From Candidatus Saccharimonadales bacterium (GTDB taxonomy: Bacteria > Patescibacteriota > Saccharimonadia > Saccharimonadales > EFPC-124): a stretch of DNA of 64,000 bases. Position 1 is the stretch's first letter. Every line of letters begins with the position of its first letter. The notes beneath the pieces were generated by a model. That model did no database searches. It saw only the letters and a program-made list of their open reading frames with translations, and was not told where the DNA came from. Where the stretch lies: positions 220,805-284,804 of the forward strand of contig JBOHNX010000002.1 in assembly GCA_050730875.1 (NCBI GenBank), in the 5' to 3' direction. The translations under genes were made by a program, and so were the position numbers. This document shows, one piece after another, positions 36,004-45,130 of the stretch.

Positions 36004-37680
36004 ATGAACTATGTTATTGATCGGTATTTGGCCGAGATTACCCATTCCGCCAAAGACGTACTCGGCGCGCGCGAGCTGGTTATTGAGCCAGCCAATTCAA
36101 AATTTGGTGCGGATTTTGCGATTCCTTGTTTTAAGCTAGCTGCTGAACTACAAAAGAGTCCAATCGACATCGCCAACACTTTAGCGGCTGAACTAAAACA
36201 CGATGCACTTACCAAAGCTGAAGCCGTGAATGGTTTTGTCAATTTATGGCTGAGTGATGCGGTGCTGGCCGAAGGCTTGAGCCAAGTACACGAACAAAAA
36301 GATGCATTTGGCGAGCAGCAGATCTTAAAAGGTAAAAAGCTGGTTATTGAAACAAACAACCCAAACCCATTTAAAGACTTACACATTGGTCACGCCTACA
36401 ATTCGATAGTTGCCGACACACTGGCAAATGTGCTCGAAGCTGGTGGTGGGGAAGTACACCGCATGAGCTACCACGGCGATGTGGGCTTGCACGTTGGTAA
36501 AAGCATGTGGGCGATTTTGGGTTACGTGGACGGTGATCCTAAAAAGCTCGATGCTGTGAAGCCAGAAGAACGCGCCGATTTCCTCAGCAAAATGTATGTG
36601 CAAGGTGCTGGCGCGTACGATGATGATCCGACGACTCGCGAACAGATTGAAGCTTTTGCGAAAGAATCGTTTGAGCTAAAAGACCCGCTATTTAAACAAG
36701 TGTATGAGACCTGCAAAACATGGAGTTTTGACTATCTCGATGACGTCATCACACGCATAGGCAGCAAACCGGCAGAGCGTCGTTATCTCGAGAGTGAGGC
36801 AGATAAACTTGGCCGCAAAGTTGTTGAAGATCACATGAGTGATATATTCGAACATTCGGACGGTGCAATCGTATTTCCCGGCGAAAAATATGATCTGCAC
36901 ACTCGTGTGTTCATTAGCTCGCGCGACACCACTTTGTACGAAGCACGTGACCTTGGCCTAATTCAGCTCAAACACCGCGATTTTCACCCAGACACCAGCT
37001 ACATTGTGACCGCCGAAGAACAACGCGAATATTTTAACGTCGTCTTTAAAGCTGCCGAGCTGGCTATCCCCGATACAAAAGGGGAAACTAAGAATATCTC
37101 GACTGGTACCGTAAAACTTTCGACCGGTAAAATGAGTAGCCGTACCGGCAAGATTATTAACATCGAATGGATTTTCGATGCCCTGCGCGAAGCAGCCGTA
37201 AAGCGCGGAGCCGAAGAAACGACACTGCAAGATGCGCTTACCGGTTCGCTGCGCTACGCGATGCTCAAGGTCAAAATCGGCAGCGATATCGTATTTGATA
37301 TAGCAGAATCGGTCAGTATCGAAGGCAATTCCGGACCGTATCTGCAATACGCTTACGCTCGCGGTCGCAGCATTCTAGCTAAACTCGGTGGTGATATAAA
37401 ACCAACCAAAATTGACGACCTAACTGAAGACGAACGAGCACTCGCACGCAAATTGCTAGATTACCCGAGTGTAGTTGCCGACGCCGTGAATGAGCTCGCA
37501 CCACACAACATCTGTACCTATCTGTACGAACTCACCCAAACCTTCAATCGCTTTTACGAAAAAAACCGTATCATTGATGACCCCCGCCAGAACGTGCGTG
37601 CAAACTTAGTGCAAGCCTACAGCCAGGTACTAAAGAACGGCCTGACAATCTTGGGCATTCCGGCACCGCAGCGACTCTAA
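36004..37680 (+). CDS. argS: Arginine--tRNA ligase
   Basis: 558 aa. HIGH region NNPNPFKDLHIGHAYN, ArgRS anticodon-binding C-terminal domain, and the family-typical terminal motif region. Confidence 0.95.
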   Translation: MNYVIDRYLAEITHSAKDVLGARELVIEPANSKFGADFAIPCFKLAAELQKSPIDIANTLAAELKHDALTKAEAVNGFVNLWLSDAVLAEGLSQVHEQKDAFGEQQILKGKKLVIETNNPNPFKDLHIGHAYNSIVADTLANVLEAGGGEVHRMSYHGDVGLHVGKSMWAILGYVDGDPKKLDAVKPEERADFLSKMYVQGAGAYDDDPTTREQIEAFAKESFELKDPLFKQVYETCKTWSFDYLDDVITRIGSKPAERRYLESEADKLGRKVVEDHMSDIFEHSDGAIVFPGEKYDLHTRVFISSRDTTLYEARDLGLIQLKHRDFHPDTSYIVTAEEQREYFNVVFKAAELAIPDTKGETKNISTGTVKLSTGKMSSRTGKIINIEWIFDALREAAVKRGAEETTLQDALTGSLRYAMLKVKIGSDIVFDIAESVSIEGNSGPYLQYAYARGRSILAKLGGDIKPTKIDDLTEDERALARKLLDYPSVVADAVNELAPHNICTYLYELTQTFNRFYEKNRIIDDPRQNVRANLVQAYSQVLKNGLTILGIPAPQRL

Positions 37681-37697
37681 AATTTTAGGAGGCTTTT

Positions 37698-38090
37698 ATG
37701 GCCAAAGTTCATAAAACGGAAGACGAGTGGCGAAAGAAACTAACGCCCGAGCAATTTGCCGTGTTGCGGCAGAAAGCGACCGAAGCGCCGTACACGGGAG
37801 AGCTGCTCTATAACAACGAAAAGGGCACATACGTGTGCGCAGCGTGTGGTGCTGAGCTGTTCGGCTCGGACACAAAGTTTGAAGCTCATTGCGGTTGGCC
37901 AAGTTTTTACGATGCCAAACCCGGTGCAGTAGAATTCCACGAAGATAAAAGCCACGGTATGGTACGCACCGAAGTGAACTGCGCCAACTGCGGCGGCCAC
38001 CTCGGTCATATTTTCCCAGATGCGCCTGATCAGCCAACTGGTCAGCGCTACTGCATCAACTCTGTCGCACTCGATTTTAAAAAGTTATAA
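37698..38090 (+). CDS. msrB: Peptide-methionine (R)-S-oxide reductase MsrB
   Basis: 130 aa. CAACGAELF and [12 protein letters not shown] zinc CxxC pairs, GWPSF, catalytic RYCINS. AGGAGG RBS. Confidence 0.9.
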   Translation: MAKVHKTEDEWRKKLTPEQFAVLRQKATEAPYTGELLYNNEKGTYVCAACGAELFGSDTKFEAHCGWPSFYDAKPGAVEFHEDKSHGMVRTEVNCANCGGHLGHIFPDAPDQPTGQRYCINSVALDFKKL

Positions 38091-38134
38091 CGCTCATGCT
38101 TTTGTTTCTGAAATGATCGACATACAATGATGGC

Positions 38135-39184
38135 ATGTTAAAACCTCCAGCAAGGGACGAGCTAGCAAAGCCGCTCAAAGCAAGTGTTGAAGCAGCACAA
38201 GAGTTAGCGGCTAGACTTAGAGATCAAGAACAAGAAAAGGCGCAAGGTGAGCCAGATGCCGACTGGGGACGACGCAGAGGAGCTACATACACTAAAATTG
38301 CCAAAACGTGGGTAGATTTTACTGAGCTTGAGGCCACTTGTGATTTCATGCGCGAACAATCGCCGGTTAGCACCATCGATCGAAAGCGAGTCAAACGGCT
38401 AGCAAGACGTGCGCTTGCTCCGATGCAACTACTTTCAACGCGCGCAGCCCGCAGTAACAAACGAGCAAACCAGCATGTTGCATACTATAACCAGGATACT
38501 TATTACGATAGGATCTGTAGGCAGGTCGCCGGACAGGCGCCAGAAGTAGGGCGTGTTGCATTGCGTTTGATGCTTGACCAACTCGAAATAGGTTATCCCA
38601 ACGCAGCATTCTTCAGAGACGGACTAAAATTGAAACATAAAGAAGATGGCGGACTGATACAAAGCCCGTTCAATGGTCGCTTGCCCCATCCGTATGCGCA
38701 TGCAATCGAGTCGGCTGCTATGACTGCTACATATCATCGTTACAGCAATATGCGGGGGTTTATAGGTTTGGATCACTCGCATGACCCACTTGTAGGGGTG
38801 GTGCTATCGGTGGAGCATGCCCTTGCCGCGATTGACCCTGACAAAATTAAAGAGGACGCTGTGCAGCAATATCGACTGCGCCACTTAATGATGGTGCGTA
38901 CACCACAGGGTGTTCCGGCAGCACAGTTAAATGCCGTGCTTCCTCCGCAGTGGCGTGCGAAGGCTGATCATTTGATTTTGGAGTATGGCCATTTGGTTCA
39001 ACGGCCAGATACTATTCCGCTACAAATGGCAAAACGAGCAGTTACGTCGAGTCTGAAATTCGCAAAGGAACAAACGAATCCATACGTAGATCGTCTTGCC
39101 GAACGATTCAACAAGCGCCGTCAAGACGACGCTCCGCTTACTCCGCCAAAAGACGACGACTCGCTTAGCAAAGGAGAAGCATAG
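38135..39184 (+). CDS. Hypothetical protein
   Basis: 349-aa ORF. No motif recognised. Confidence 0.45.
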   Translation: MLKPPARDELAKPLKASVEAAQELAARLRDQEQEKAQGEPDADWGRRRGATYTKIAKTWVDFTELEATCDFMREQSPVSTIDRKRVKRLARRALAPMQLLSTRAARSNKRANQHVAYYNQDTYYDRICRQVAGQAPEVGRVALRLMLDQLEIGYPNAAFFRDGLKLKHKEDGGLIQSPFNGRLPHPYAHAIESAAMTATYHRYSNMRGFIGLDHSHDPLVGVVLSVEHALAAIDPDKIKEDAVQQYRLRHLMMVRTPQGVPAAQLNAVLPPQWRAKADHLILEYGHLVQRPDTIPLQMAKRAVTSSLKFAKEQTNPYVDRLAERFNKRRQDDAPLTPPKDDDSLSKGEA

Positions 39185-39201
39185 TTTGCTACAGTAATAA
39201 C

Positions 39202-39762
39202 ATGCAAGACCTCAAAAAAATAACGCCAAAGAAACTATTTTGGGTTGATTTAGAAATGACAGGGCTCGATCCAGCGCGCGATCGCATTTTAGAGGTTGCG
39301 GTGGTGGTGACAGACTGGGATTTTAAAGAGTTAGACCGGTTCGAGAGCGGGGTAGGGCAAGATGCACAGGAAGTGCAGGCACTGCTCGACGCGAACGAAT
39401 TTTACGCAGCGTATCCTCAGAACAAACAAGCACTGCTGGAACTCGCCAAAAAAAGCCCGGCCGAAAACGCCGTGGAAGTTAAACTGGTAGAGCTGGTGAA
39501 CAAACATTTTATAAACGAGCCAGCGCTGTTGGCTGGCAATTCGATTCATCAGGACCGATTATTTATTCGAAAATGGTGGCCAACGTTCGAACAAAAATTA
39601 CACTACCGCATGCTGGATGTTAGCGCCTGGAAGGTAGTGATGGCCGGCAAATACGGCATAGAGTACCAAAAAAAGGAGTCACACCGAGCCGTTGACGACA
39701 TTCAGGAATCAATAGAAGAACTCGAATTCTACTTGAAGGGGCTACGAGGTGATAACGCATAA
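39202..39762 (+). CDS. orn: Oligoribonuclease
   Basis: 186 aa. DEDDh motifs: FWVDLEMTGLDP, GNSIHQDRLF, HYRMLDVS, HRAVDDIQESIEEL. Confidence 0.85.
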   Translation: MQDLKKITPKKLFWVDLEMTGLDPARDRILEVAVVVTDWDFKELDRFESGVGQDAQEVQALLDANEFYAAYPQNKQALLELAKKSPAENAVEVKLVELVNKHFINEPALLAGNSIHQDRLFIRKWWPTFEQKLHYRMLDVSAWKVVMAGKYGIEYQKKESHRAVDDIQESIEELEFYLKGLRGDNA

Positions 39763-40075
39763 AGCACTCGAAGAATTTATTCTAACCATGCCCAATTCGC
39801 GGCTGGATTATCCGTTTGGCAAAGATGTTGCTGTCTACAAGGTAGGCGATAAAATGTTTGCGCTGATCGCTGAAAAAAGCGACCCAGTGCGCATTAGCTT
39901 AAAGTGTGATCCGCAGCTTGCCGAGCATTTACGTGAAAAATACGAGACAATTCTGCCAGGGTACCATTTGAACAAGCGGCATTGGAACACTGTCATCTGC
40001 TCGGGCCAGCTGGGTGAGCAAGAGGTGAAAGATCTTATCGTACATTCGTATAATTTGGTTGCGCCTACAACTTAA
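39749..40075 (+). CDS. MmcQ/YjbR-family protein
   Basis: 108 aa. YPFGKDVAVYKVGDKMFALI...ISLKCDP...ILPGYHLNKRHWNTV is typical of the YjbR family. 14-nt overlap with orn. Confidence 0.7.
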   Translation: MITHKALEEFILTMPNSRLDYPFGKDVAVYKVGDKMFALIAEKSDPVRISLKCDPQLAEHLREKYETILPGYHLNKRHWNTVICSGQLGEQEVKDLIVHSYNLVAPTT

Positions 40076-40664
40076 GGTCGGCTACTTGCTTGTCGATTGT
40101 TTCTAGATTGGTGATAGCCTGAGCTAACACTTTTTTGAGATTGCTGTTTTTGCTCTCTAGCCGAACTTTGTTTGCCAACTGGAATGCGCTGGCTAATTTG
40201 TCGCGCAGTATGCGGCTGTAGGTAGTATCGAACGCGTTAATCAGTTCGGCATCGGCCAATTTTTTTGCACTAGCACTATCGGCCTCGCGTTTTACTATAT
40301 CATCCGAAATCTTTTTTTGTCCGTAGACAGTGCCAAGCTGTGCCCGCAGTGCCAAGCTGTCGGTTGCAATAAGCAAATGCGCATCGCTGTTAATTTTGGC
40401 TAAATCACCACTTTTTATCTTGCCTTGGGCATTCTTAATAAACGTCTGGAGTTGTTCTTCTCGCACCACGAGTGCGGCGAGGTTATTTTTTGGTCCGCTG
40501 GTGAGCGAGCCAACTAGCACAAAGCCAATGGTTATAAGAATGAGGCCGACGAACCCAAGCGCAATCATCATGACAGTGCGCCCATTAAATTGAAATCCAC
40601 GCGGCTTATTGTACTTGGCCGCCGCGCCGTAATATTGCGGTTGCATACTGGCATTATAAACCAT
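40065..40664 (-). CDS. Hypothetical membrane-anchored protein
   Basis: 199 aa. One N-terminal TM (VMMIALGFVGLILITIGFVLVG) followed by a helical ectodomain. Confidence 0.5.
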   Translation of the reverse strand: MVYNASMQPQYYGAAAKYNKPRGFQFNGRTVMMIALGFVGLILITIGFVLVGSLTSGPKNNLAALVVREEQLQTFIKNAQGKIKSGDLAKINSDAHLLIATDSLALRAQLGTVYGQKKISDDIVKREADSASAKKLADAELINAFDTTYSRILRDKLASAFQLANKVRLESKNSNLKKVLAQAITNLETIDKQVADLKL

Positions 40665-40730
40665 AAGCGTCCAGGCGTGGTGGCTCTTATGAGGCTAATC
40701 TGTTATAACAGTGGTAGAATATGGGTGCAG

Positions 40731-42482
40731 ATGGAGCTTAAAGAAGAGATACGGTCACGGCTGAATATCGAGGATGTTATAGGGGAATACGTCCAGCTTA
40801 AGCGTGCCGGCCGCAATTTTAAGGGACTCTCACCCTTCTCTCAAGAAAAAACCCCGAGCTTCATGGTCAGCCCTGAAAAACACATCTGGCACGATTTTAG
40901 CAGTGGTAAAGGTGGCGACGTGTTTAGTTTTGTGATGGAAATGGAAGGTATCGACTTTAGAGGTGCGCTGGAGCTGTTAGCTCGCAAGGCCGGCATCGAC
41001 ATGACTCAGTACCAGCGCGGTGATAGCGGGCTGAGTAAGAAGAAGGAGCGTTTATTCGCGGCGAGCGATCTGGCTGCGCGTTACTACCAACAAAACCTTA
41101 TTCAGAACAAAACGGCGCTCGAATATGTATTTAAAAAGCGCAAACTGAATAAAGAAATTGTACGAGATTTCCGTATTGGTTACGCACCGAACACCGAGAA
41201 TGCTCTATTTACGGCGCTAGGCAAACGTGATTTTACCGAACGTGAACTGCGAGATGCCGGCTTGGCGGTAACTCGACGCAGCGGCCCAGGCGATATGTTT
41301 CGCGGCCGTATGATGGTGCCGCTCATGGACCCGCAGGGCAGAGTAGTTGGCTTTACAGCGCGCCAAATTGCCGATGAGCCGAACGCGCCCAAGTACATCA
41401 ACACGCCACAAACATTGCTGTATGACAAAGGTCGCCATGTGTTCGGCCTGCACTTGGCCAAGGAGGCAATTCGCCAAGCAAGCTGTGTGGTAATTGTTGA
41501 AGGCAACCTTGATGTCGTGAGCAGTCATCAAGTTGGAATAAAAAATGTCGTCGCTACGGCTGGCACCGCGCTGACCGAACACCATTTGCGTAGCCTCAGC
41601 CGCTTTACCGATGATGTGCGTCTGGCATTCGATGCCGACAAGGCTGGCATTGCAGCTACCGAGCGGGCGATTAGTATCGCCAGCAACCTGGGAGCCAACC
41701 TCGGCATTATTGTGCTGCCAGATGATGCCAAAGATCCGGATGAACTGATCCAGCAGGATCCAAAACTGTGGCAAAAAGCTATAGATAACCCGCATGATGC
41801 AGTGGAATGGCTGCTCGATATGTACGCAGCACGCTTCGATATTAAGACCGCCGATGGCAAACGACGCGTCACTGACCAAGCCTTGAGCATTGTACGCAGT
41901 ATTGCCGACCCGGTTATTCGCGAACACTATATACAAAAAATTAGCCAACATACAGGTGTATCGGAACATGCGCTGGATGAAAAATTAGCCAACCAGCCGG
42001 CTCCACAGAGAAACGCGCCACAGAGGAATAAAATGCCGGTTGCTCCAACTGGTTCGAATCATTATCAATACCAAGACCATCTTTTAGCGCTCTGTTGGGT
42101 GTACCCACAATTACGCGATAGCTTGTTGAAATTAGAGTCAGATAACTTTGCAGGCTCCGTCCGCCAATCTATCGCTGCATACTTAAAGAGCCTCGGTGGT
42201 TCAACTGCTCGTATAGAGGATGTTGTTAACTTGCAATCTGATGAAATAGCTGTCAAAATTAAGGAATTAGAGCTGATTGTAGAGGCTAAGTATCCATCGC
42301 TTACCGATGAACTATATTTTATAGCCGCCAGCGTTGCAAAAAGAATCAGAAAAGAACAAAAACAAATCAAGCGTGCCTTACTCGCCAAGGCTTTTGCTGA
42401 GGCTGATACCAAAGAAGCGCGTACAAAATTGAACAAGCAAATCAAAGAACTCGAAAAACAGATTGAATCGCTAAAGCACTAA
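40731..42482 (+). CDS. dnaG: DNA primase DnaG (zinc-binding-domain ligands all substituted)
   Basis: The start is taken at MELKEEIRSRLNIEDVIGEYV (typical primase N-terminus). RNA-polymerase domain, Toprim EGNLDV and FDADKAG. The zinc-ribbon region reads SPFSQEKTPSF...WHDFSSGKGG instead of CPFHxEKTPSF...YHCFGCGxxG. Confidence 0.85.
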   Translation: MELKEEIRSRLNIEDVIGEYVQLKRAGRNFKGLSPFSQEKTPSFMVSPEKHIWHDFSSGKGGDVFSFVMEMEGIDFRGALELLARKAGIDMTQYQRGDSGLSKKKERLFAASDLAARYYQQNLIQNKTALEYVFKKRKLNKEIVRDFRIGYAPNTENALFTALGKRDFTERELRDAGLAVTRRSGPGDMFRGRMMVPLMDPQGRVVGFTARQIADEPNAPKYINTPQTLLYDKGRHVFGLHLAKEAIRQASCVVIVEGNLDVVSSHQVGIKNVVATAGTALTEHHLRSLSRFTDDVRLAFDADKAGIAATERAISIASNLGANLGIIVLPDDAKDPDELIQQDPKLWQKAIDNPHDAVEWLLDMYAARFDIKTADGKRRVTDQALSIVRSIADPVIREHYIQKISQHTGVSEHALDEKLANQPAPQRNAPQRNKMPVAPTGSNHYQYQDHLLALCWVYPQLRDSLLKLESDNFAGSVRQSIAAYLKSLGGSTARIEDVVNLQSDEIAVKIKELELIVEAKYPSLTDELYFIAASVAKRIRKEQKQIKRALLAKAFAEADTKEARTKLNKQIKELEKQIESLKH

Positions 42483-42491
42483 GGAGCACGT

Positions 42492-43532
42492 ATGCCGAGA
42501 GGTAAAAAAACCACCCAACCAGAGGATTTTGAAGAGCAAACATTGCAAGACAATGCAGCCGCAGATTTGCATGAAGATGAAACGCCAGCAGACGACCACG
42601 CATTGGTTGATGACGCCGCCGAACCACTTGCAGACGACCTAGATGCCGAAGAAGAGGAATGGACGGACGAAGAAACGCCCGCCCCAACTTATTTAGATGA
42701 CATTTCGGATGACTCGGTCCGCTTGTATCTGCGCGAAATTGGTAAAATTCCGCTGCTAAATCCGGAGGAAGAACTTGCGCTCGCGCAAAAAGTGAAGGCC
42801 GGCAACAAAGGTGCCAAAGACAAAATGGCCGAAGCTAACATGCGTTTGGTGGTTTCTATCGCTAAGCGTTACAGCGGCCGCGGTCTAGATTTTCTTGATC
42901 TGATTCAAGAAGGTAACACCGGTCTGCTGCGCGCGGTTGAAAAATTCGACCCAGACAAAGGCTTTAAGTTTAGCACCTACGCAACCTGGTGGATCCGCCA
43001 GGCTATTACTCGTGCCATTGCCGACCAAGCCCGCACCATCCGTATTCCGGTGCACATGGTTGAAACCATCAACAAGCTGCTGCGCACCCAGCGCCGCATG
43101 ACCCAGGAGCTCAACCGTGAGCCCACCATCGAAGAACTCGCCAAAGAAATGGAGATGGAACCGGACAAAATTGAGTACGTCATGAAGATTAAGCAGGACA
43201 TTACCTCGCTTGACGCTAACGTGCGCGACGACGATGACGATTCGGTCCTCGGTGACTTTATTGAAGACGAAGAAGCCCAAAGTCCAGAAGAAGCCGCAAC
43301 CACGCAGCTGCTCAAAGAGCAGGTGAAGGATATGCTTGGCGTGCTCACCGAGCGCGAGCAAAAAATCCTCAAAATGCGCTTTGGCCTAGAAGATGGCAAA
43401 AGCCACACGTTAGAGGAAGTAGGCCAAGAATTCAGTGTCACCCGCGAACGCATCCGCCAAATCGAAGCAAAAGCCCTCAGTAAACTCCGTAAGCACAAAG
43501 ACGCTAAAAAACTGTACGAATATTTGCAGTAA
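42492..43532 (+). CDS. rpoD: Primary RNA polymerase sigma factor (sigma-70/RpoD)
   Basis: 346 aa. Acidic region 1.1. [34 protein letters not shown] (regions 2.3-2.4/3.0). [24 protein letters not shown] (4.2). Confidence 0.9.
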   Translation: MPRGKKTTQPEDFEEQTLQDNAAADLHEDETPADDHALVDDAAEPLADDLDAEEEEWTDEETPAPTYLDDISDDSVRLYLREIGKIPLLNPEEELALAQKVKAGNKGAKDKMAEANMRLVVSIAKRYSGRGLDFLDLIQEGNTGLLRAVEKFDPDKGFKFSTYATWWIRQAITRAIADQARTIRIPVHMVETINKLLRTQRRMTQELNREPTIEELAKEMEMEPDKIEYVMKIKQDITSLDANVRDDDDDSVLGDFIEDEEAQSPEEAATTQLLKEQVKDMLGVLTEREQKILKMRFGLEDGKSHTLEEVGQEFSVTRERIRQIEAKALSKLRKHKDAKKLYEYLQ

Positions 43533-43533
43533 T

Positions 43534-44109
43534 ATGAAAAAAATCTTTGGTATTTCAGGCAGTTTTGCGAGTGGCAAGGACACGCTGGCGCACTATTTGA
43601 CTGATGAACTTGGCTACTTGCATGTTTCAACCGGCGACATGGTGCGGGCGGAAGCGCAGAAGTTGCGCGGTTCGATTGAGCGGCCGGTGCTCAAAGAAGT
43701 TGCTACAGAACTGCGGCGGCGGCACGGAGCCGGCTATTTTGCCGAACGCGCTTTAGAAGAGCTCGAGACGCATCCTGATGCGACGGGTGTTGTCGTGACT
43801 GGTCTTCGTTCAATCGGCGAGGCGAATGCCATAACCACAGCTGGCGGCATGCTGGTGTTTGTCGATGCGCCAGTAGAAGTCCGTTACGAACGCATGAAGA
43901 GCCGCCAGCGTGATAACGAAACTGCGCTCACGCTCGAAGAATTCAAAACCGGCGAAGAAAAAGAATGGCACGCCGGCGACGACGAAGCCGATTTTAATTT
44001 GCGCGGCATTAAGCAAATGGCTGATGTAACACTCGAAAACAGTGCAGACCTAGAAGGTTTTCTGCAGCAGGCTCGCGAGAAACTTCAGCTCGCAGCCAAA
44101 AAACGTTAA
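43534..44109 (+). CDS. P-loop nucleotide/nucleoside kinase-like protein (CoaE/dNMP-kinase-like fold)
   Basis: 191 aa counted from the ATG at 43534, 1 nt after the rpoD stop. Walker-A-like GISGSFASGKDT. Specificity not determinable. Confidence 0.5.
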   Translation: MKKIFGISGSFASGKDTLAHYLTDELGYLHVSTGDMVRAEAQKLRGSIERPVLKEVATELRRRHGAGYFAERALEELETHPDATGVVVTGLRSIGEANAITTAGGMLVFVDAPVEVRYERMKSRQRDNETALTLEEFKTGEEKEWHAGDDEADFNLRGIKQMADVTLENSADLEGFLQQAREKLQLAAKKR

Positions 44110-44235
44110 TTTTTGCTAATTCGTCTATAAATTAACGTTTTATTGACAAGAAGTCGTTAATCATACAAGTCTGGAAGATCGGGAAAGGTTGACGCAAAGT
44201 GACAATTGTGTGCCGCTTGCGTTACAGTAAGATGT

Positions 44236-45060
44236 ATGAATATTGTTGGTGAGGGGAATTTTACAACTAAGTTATTGGTGCCGCGTGCGCTGCGTCTAGA
44301 TGCACAGCGTTTGCATGATTTTGTAGCCACTGCCTCCGAATATAGCCACGGCGAACCACCGCAGACCGATCAGCTCCATGACCTTATTAAGAAGTGGCAT
44401 ACGCTTTGCGAGCTATCACTTAAGGAGCTCGAGGCGGGGGAAGACGATGACCGTAATACCCGCATCGTCAAAGGTATGTGTCGCCTCAAAATCATTTATG
44501 GCTTCGAAACCGAATGGATAGATGCTTTTTTGGCATCGATGCTAACCGACGCTCGCCCAATGACATATCACACACTTGGCGAGACACTCGCGTATGTCTA
44601 TGGATCCGCCGAAGTGGTGGGTTTTATGGTTGCCAAACTACTGCGGCTCCCCAAAGAAGCACTGCCATATGCCGCACTGCAAGCACGGGCACTGCAATGG
44701 GTTAATTTCCTCAGCAGGATTGGCGAAGATTCCAAACTAGGGCGTTGCTACATTCCGCGCGAAGATATTCAGCAGTTTGAACTCAAAGACGTCAGTGCTC
44801 GAACTGCCTACGCCACACCAGAAGCATTCAAGCAGCTCATGCATTTCGAGCTGAACCGCTTCTGGCAATGGAAAAACGAAGCGGAATCAGGCATGGCATT
44901 TGTACCACGACGCTCGCGGGTGCCAATCCAGGTAGCAACCGACACCGCCACTTGGACTGCCCGGCGTTTAGCCAAAGACCCGCTCATCGTCTTTCAGCGT
45001 TCACTCAAACCTAAAAAGTCACGCATTTTACGTTCAACCCTAGTGCGCTATTTAGATTAA
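44236..45060 (+). CDS. Squalene/phytoene-synthase-family protein with degenerate Asp-rich motifs
   Basis: LAYVYGSAEVVGFMVAKLL and NFLSRIGEDSKLGRCYIPRED align by eye with CrtB YCYHVAGVVGLMMAQIM and NIARDIVDDAHAGRCYLP. The first DxxxD region reads ATASEYSHG. Confidence 0.6.
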   Translation: MNIVGEGNFTTKLLVPRALRLDAQRLHDFVATASEYSHGEPPQTDQLHDLIKKWHTLCELSLKELEAGEDDDRNTRIVKGMCRLKIIYGFETEWIDAFLASMLTDARPMTYHTLGETLAYVYGSAEVVGFMVAKLLRLPKEALPYAALQARALQWVNFLSRIGEDSKLGRCYIPREDIQQFELKDVSARTAYATPEAFKQLMHFELNRFWQWKNEAESGMAFVPRRSRVPIQVATDTATWTARRLAKDPLIVFQRSLKPKKSRILRSTLVRYLD

Positions 45061-45130
45061 ACGCTTATGCTTGCTTTTTTGGTACAGCAAGGTATGCTTG
45101 ATCTACCTTGAAACAAAATCGGAGCATGCC

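Noticed and set aside
40590-40730. 47-codon N-terminal extension of dnaG
   Set aside because: It overlaps the convergent/divergent neighbour 40065..40664. The conserved primase N-terminus begins at MELKEE (40731).
41217-41969. 250-aa ORF antisense to dnaG (also 41528..41890 and 41180..41506)
   Set aside because: These are shadow ORFs within the primase gene. They have no motif, RBS or independent support.
42977-43630. 217-aa Ser-rich ORF antisense to rpoD
   Set aside because: It lies opposite the highly conserved sigma-70 coding frame and has shadow-ORF composition.
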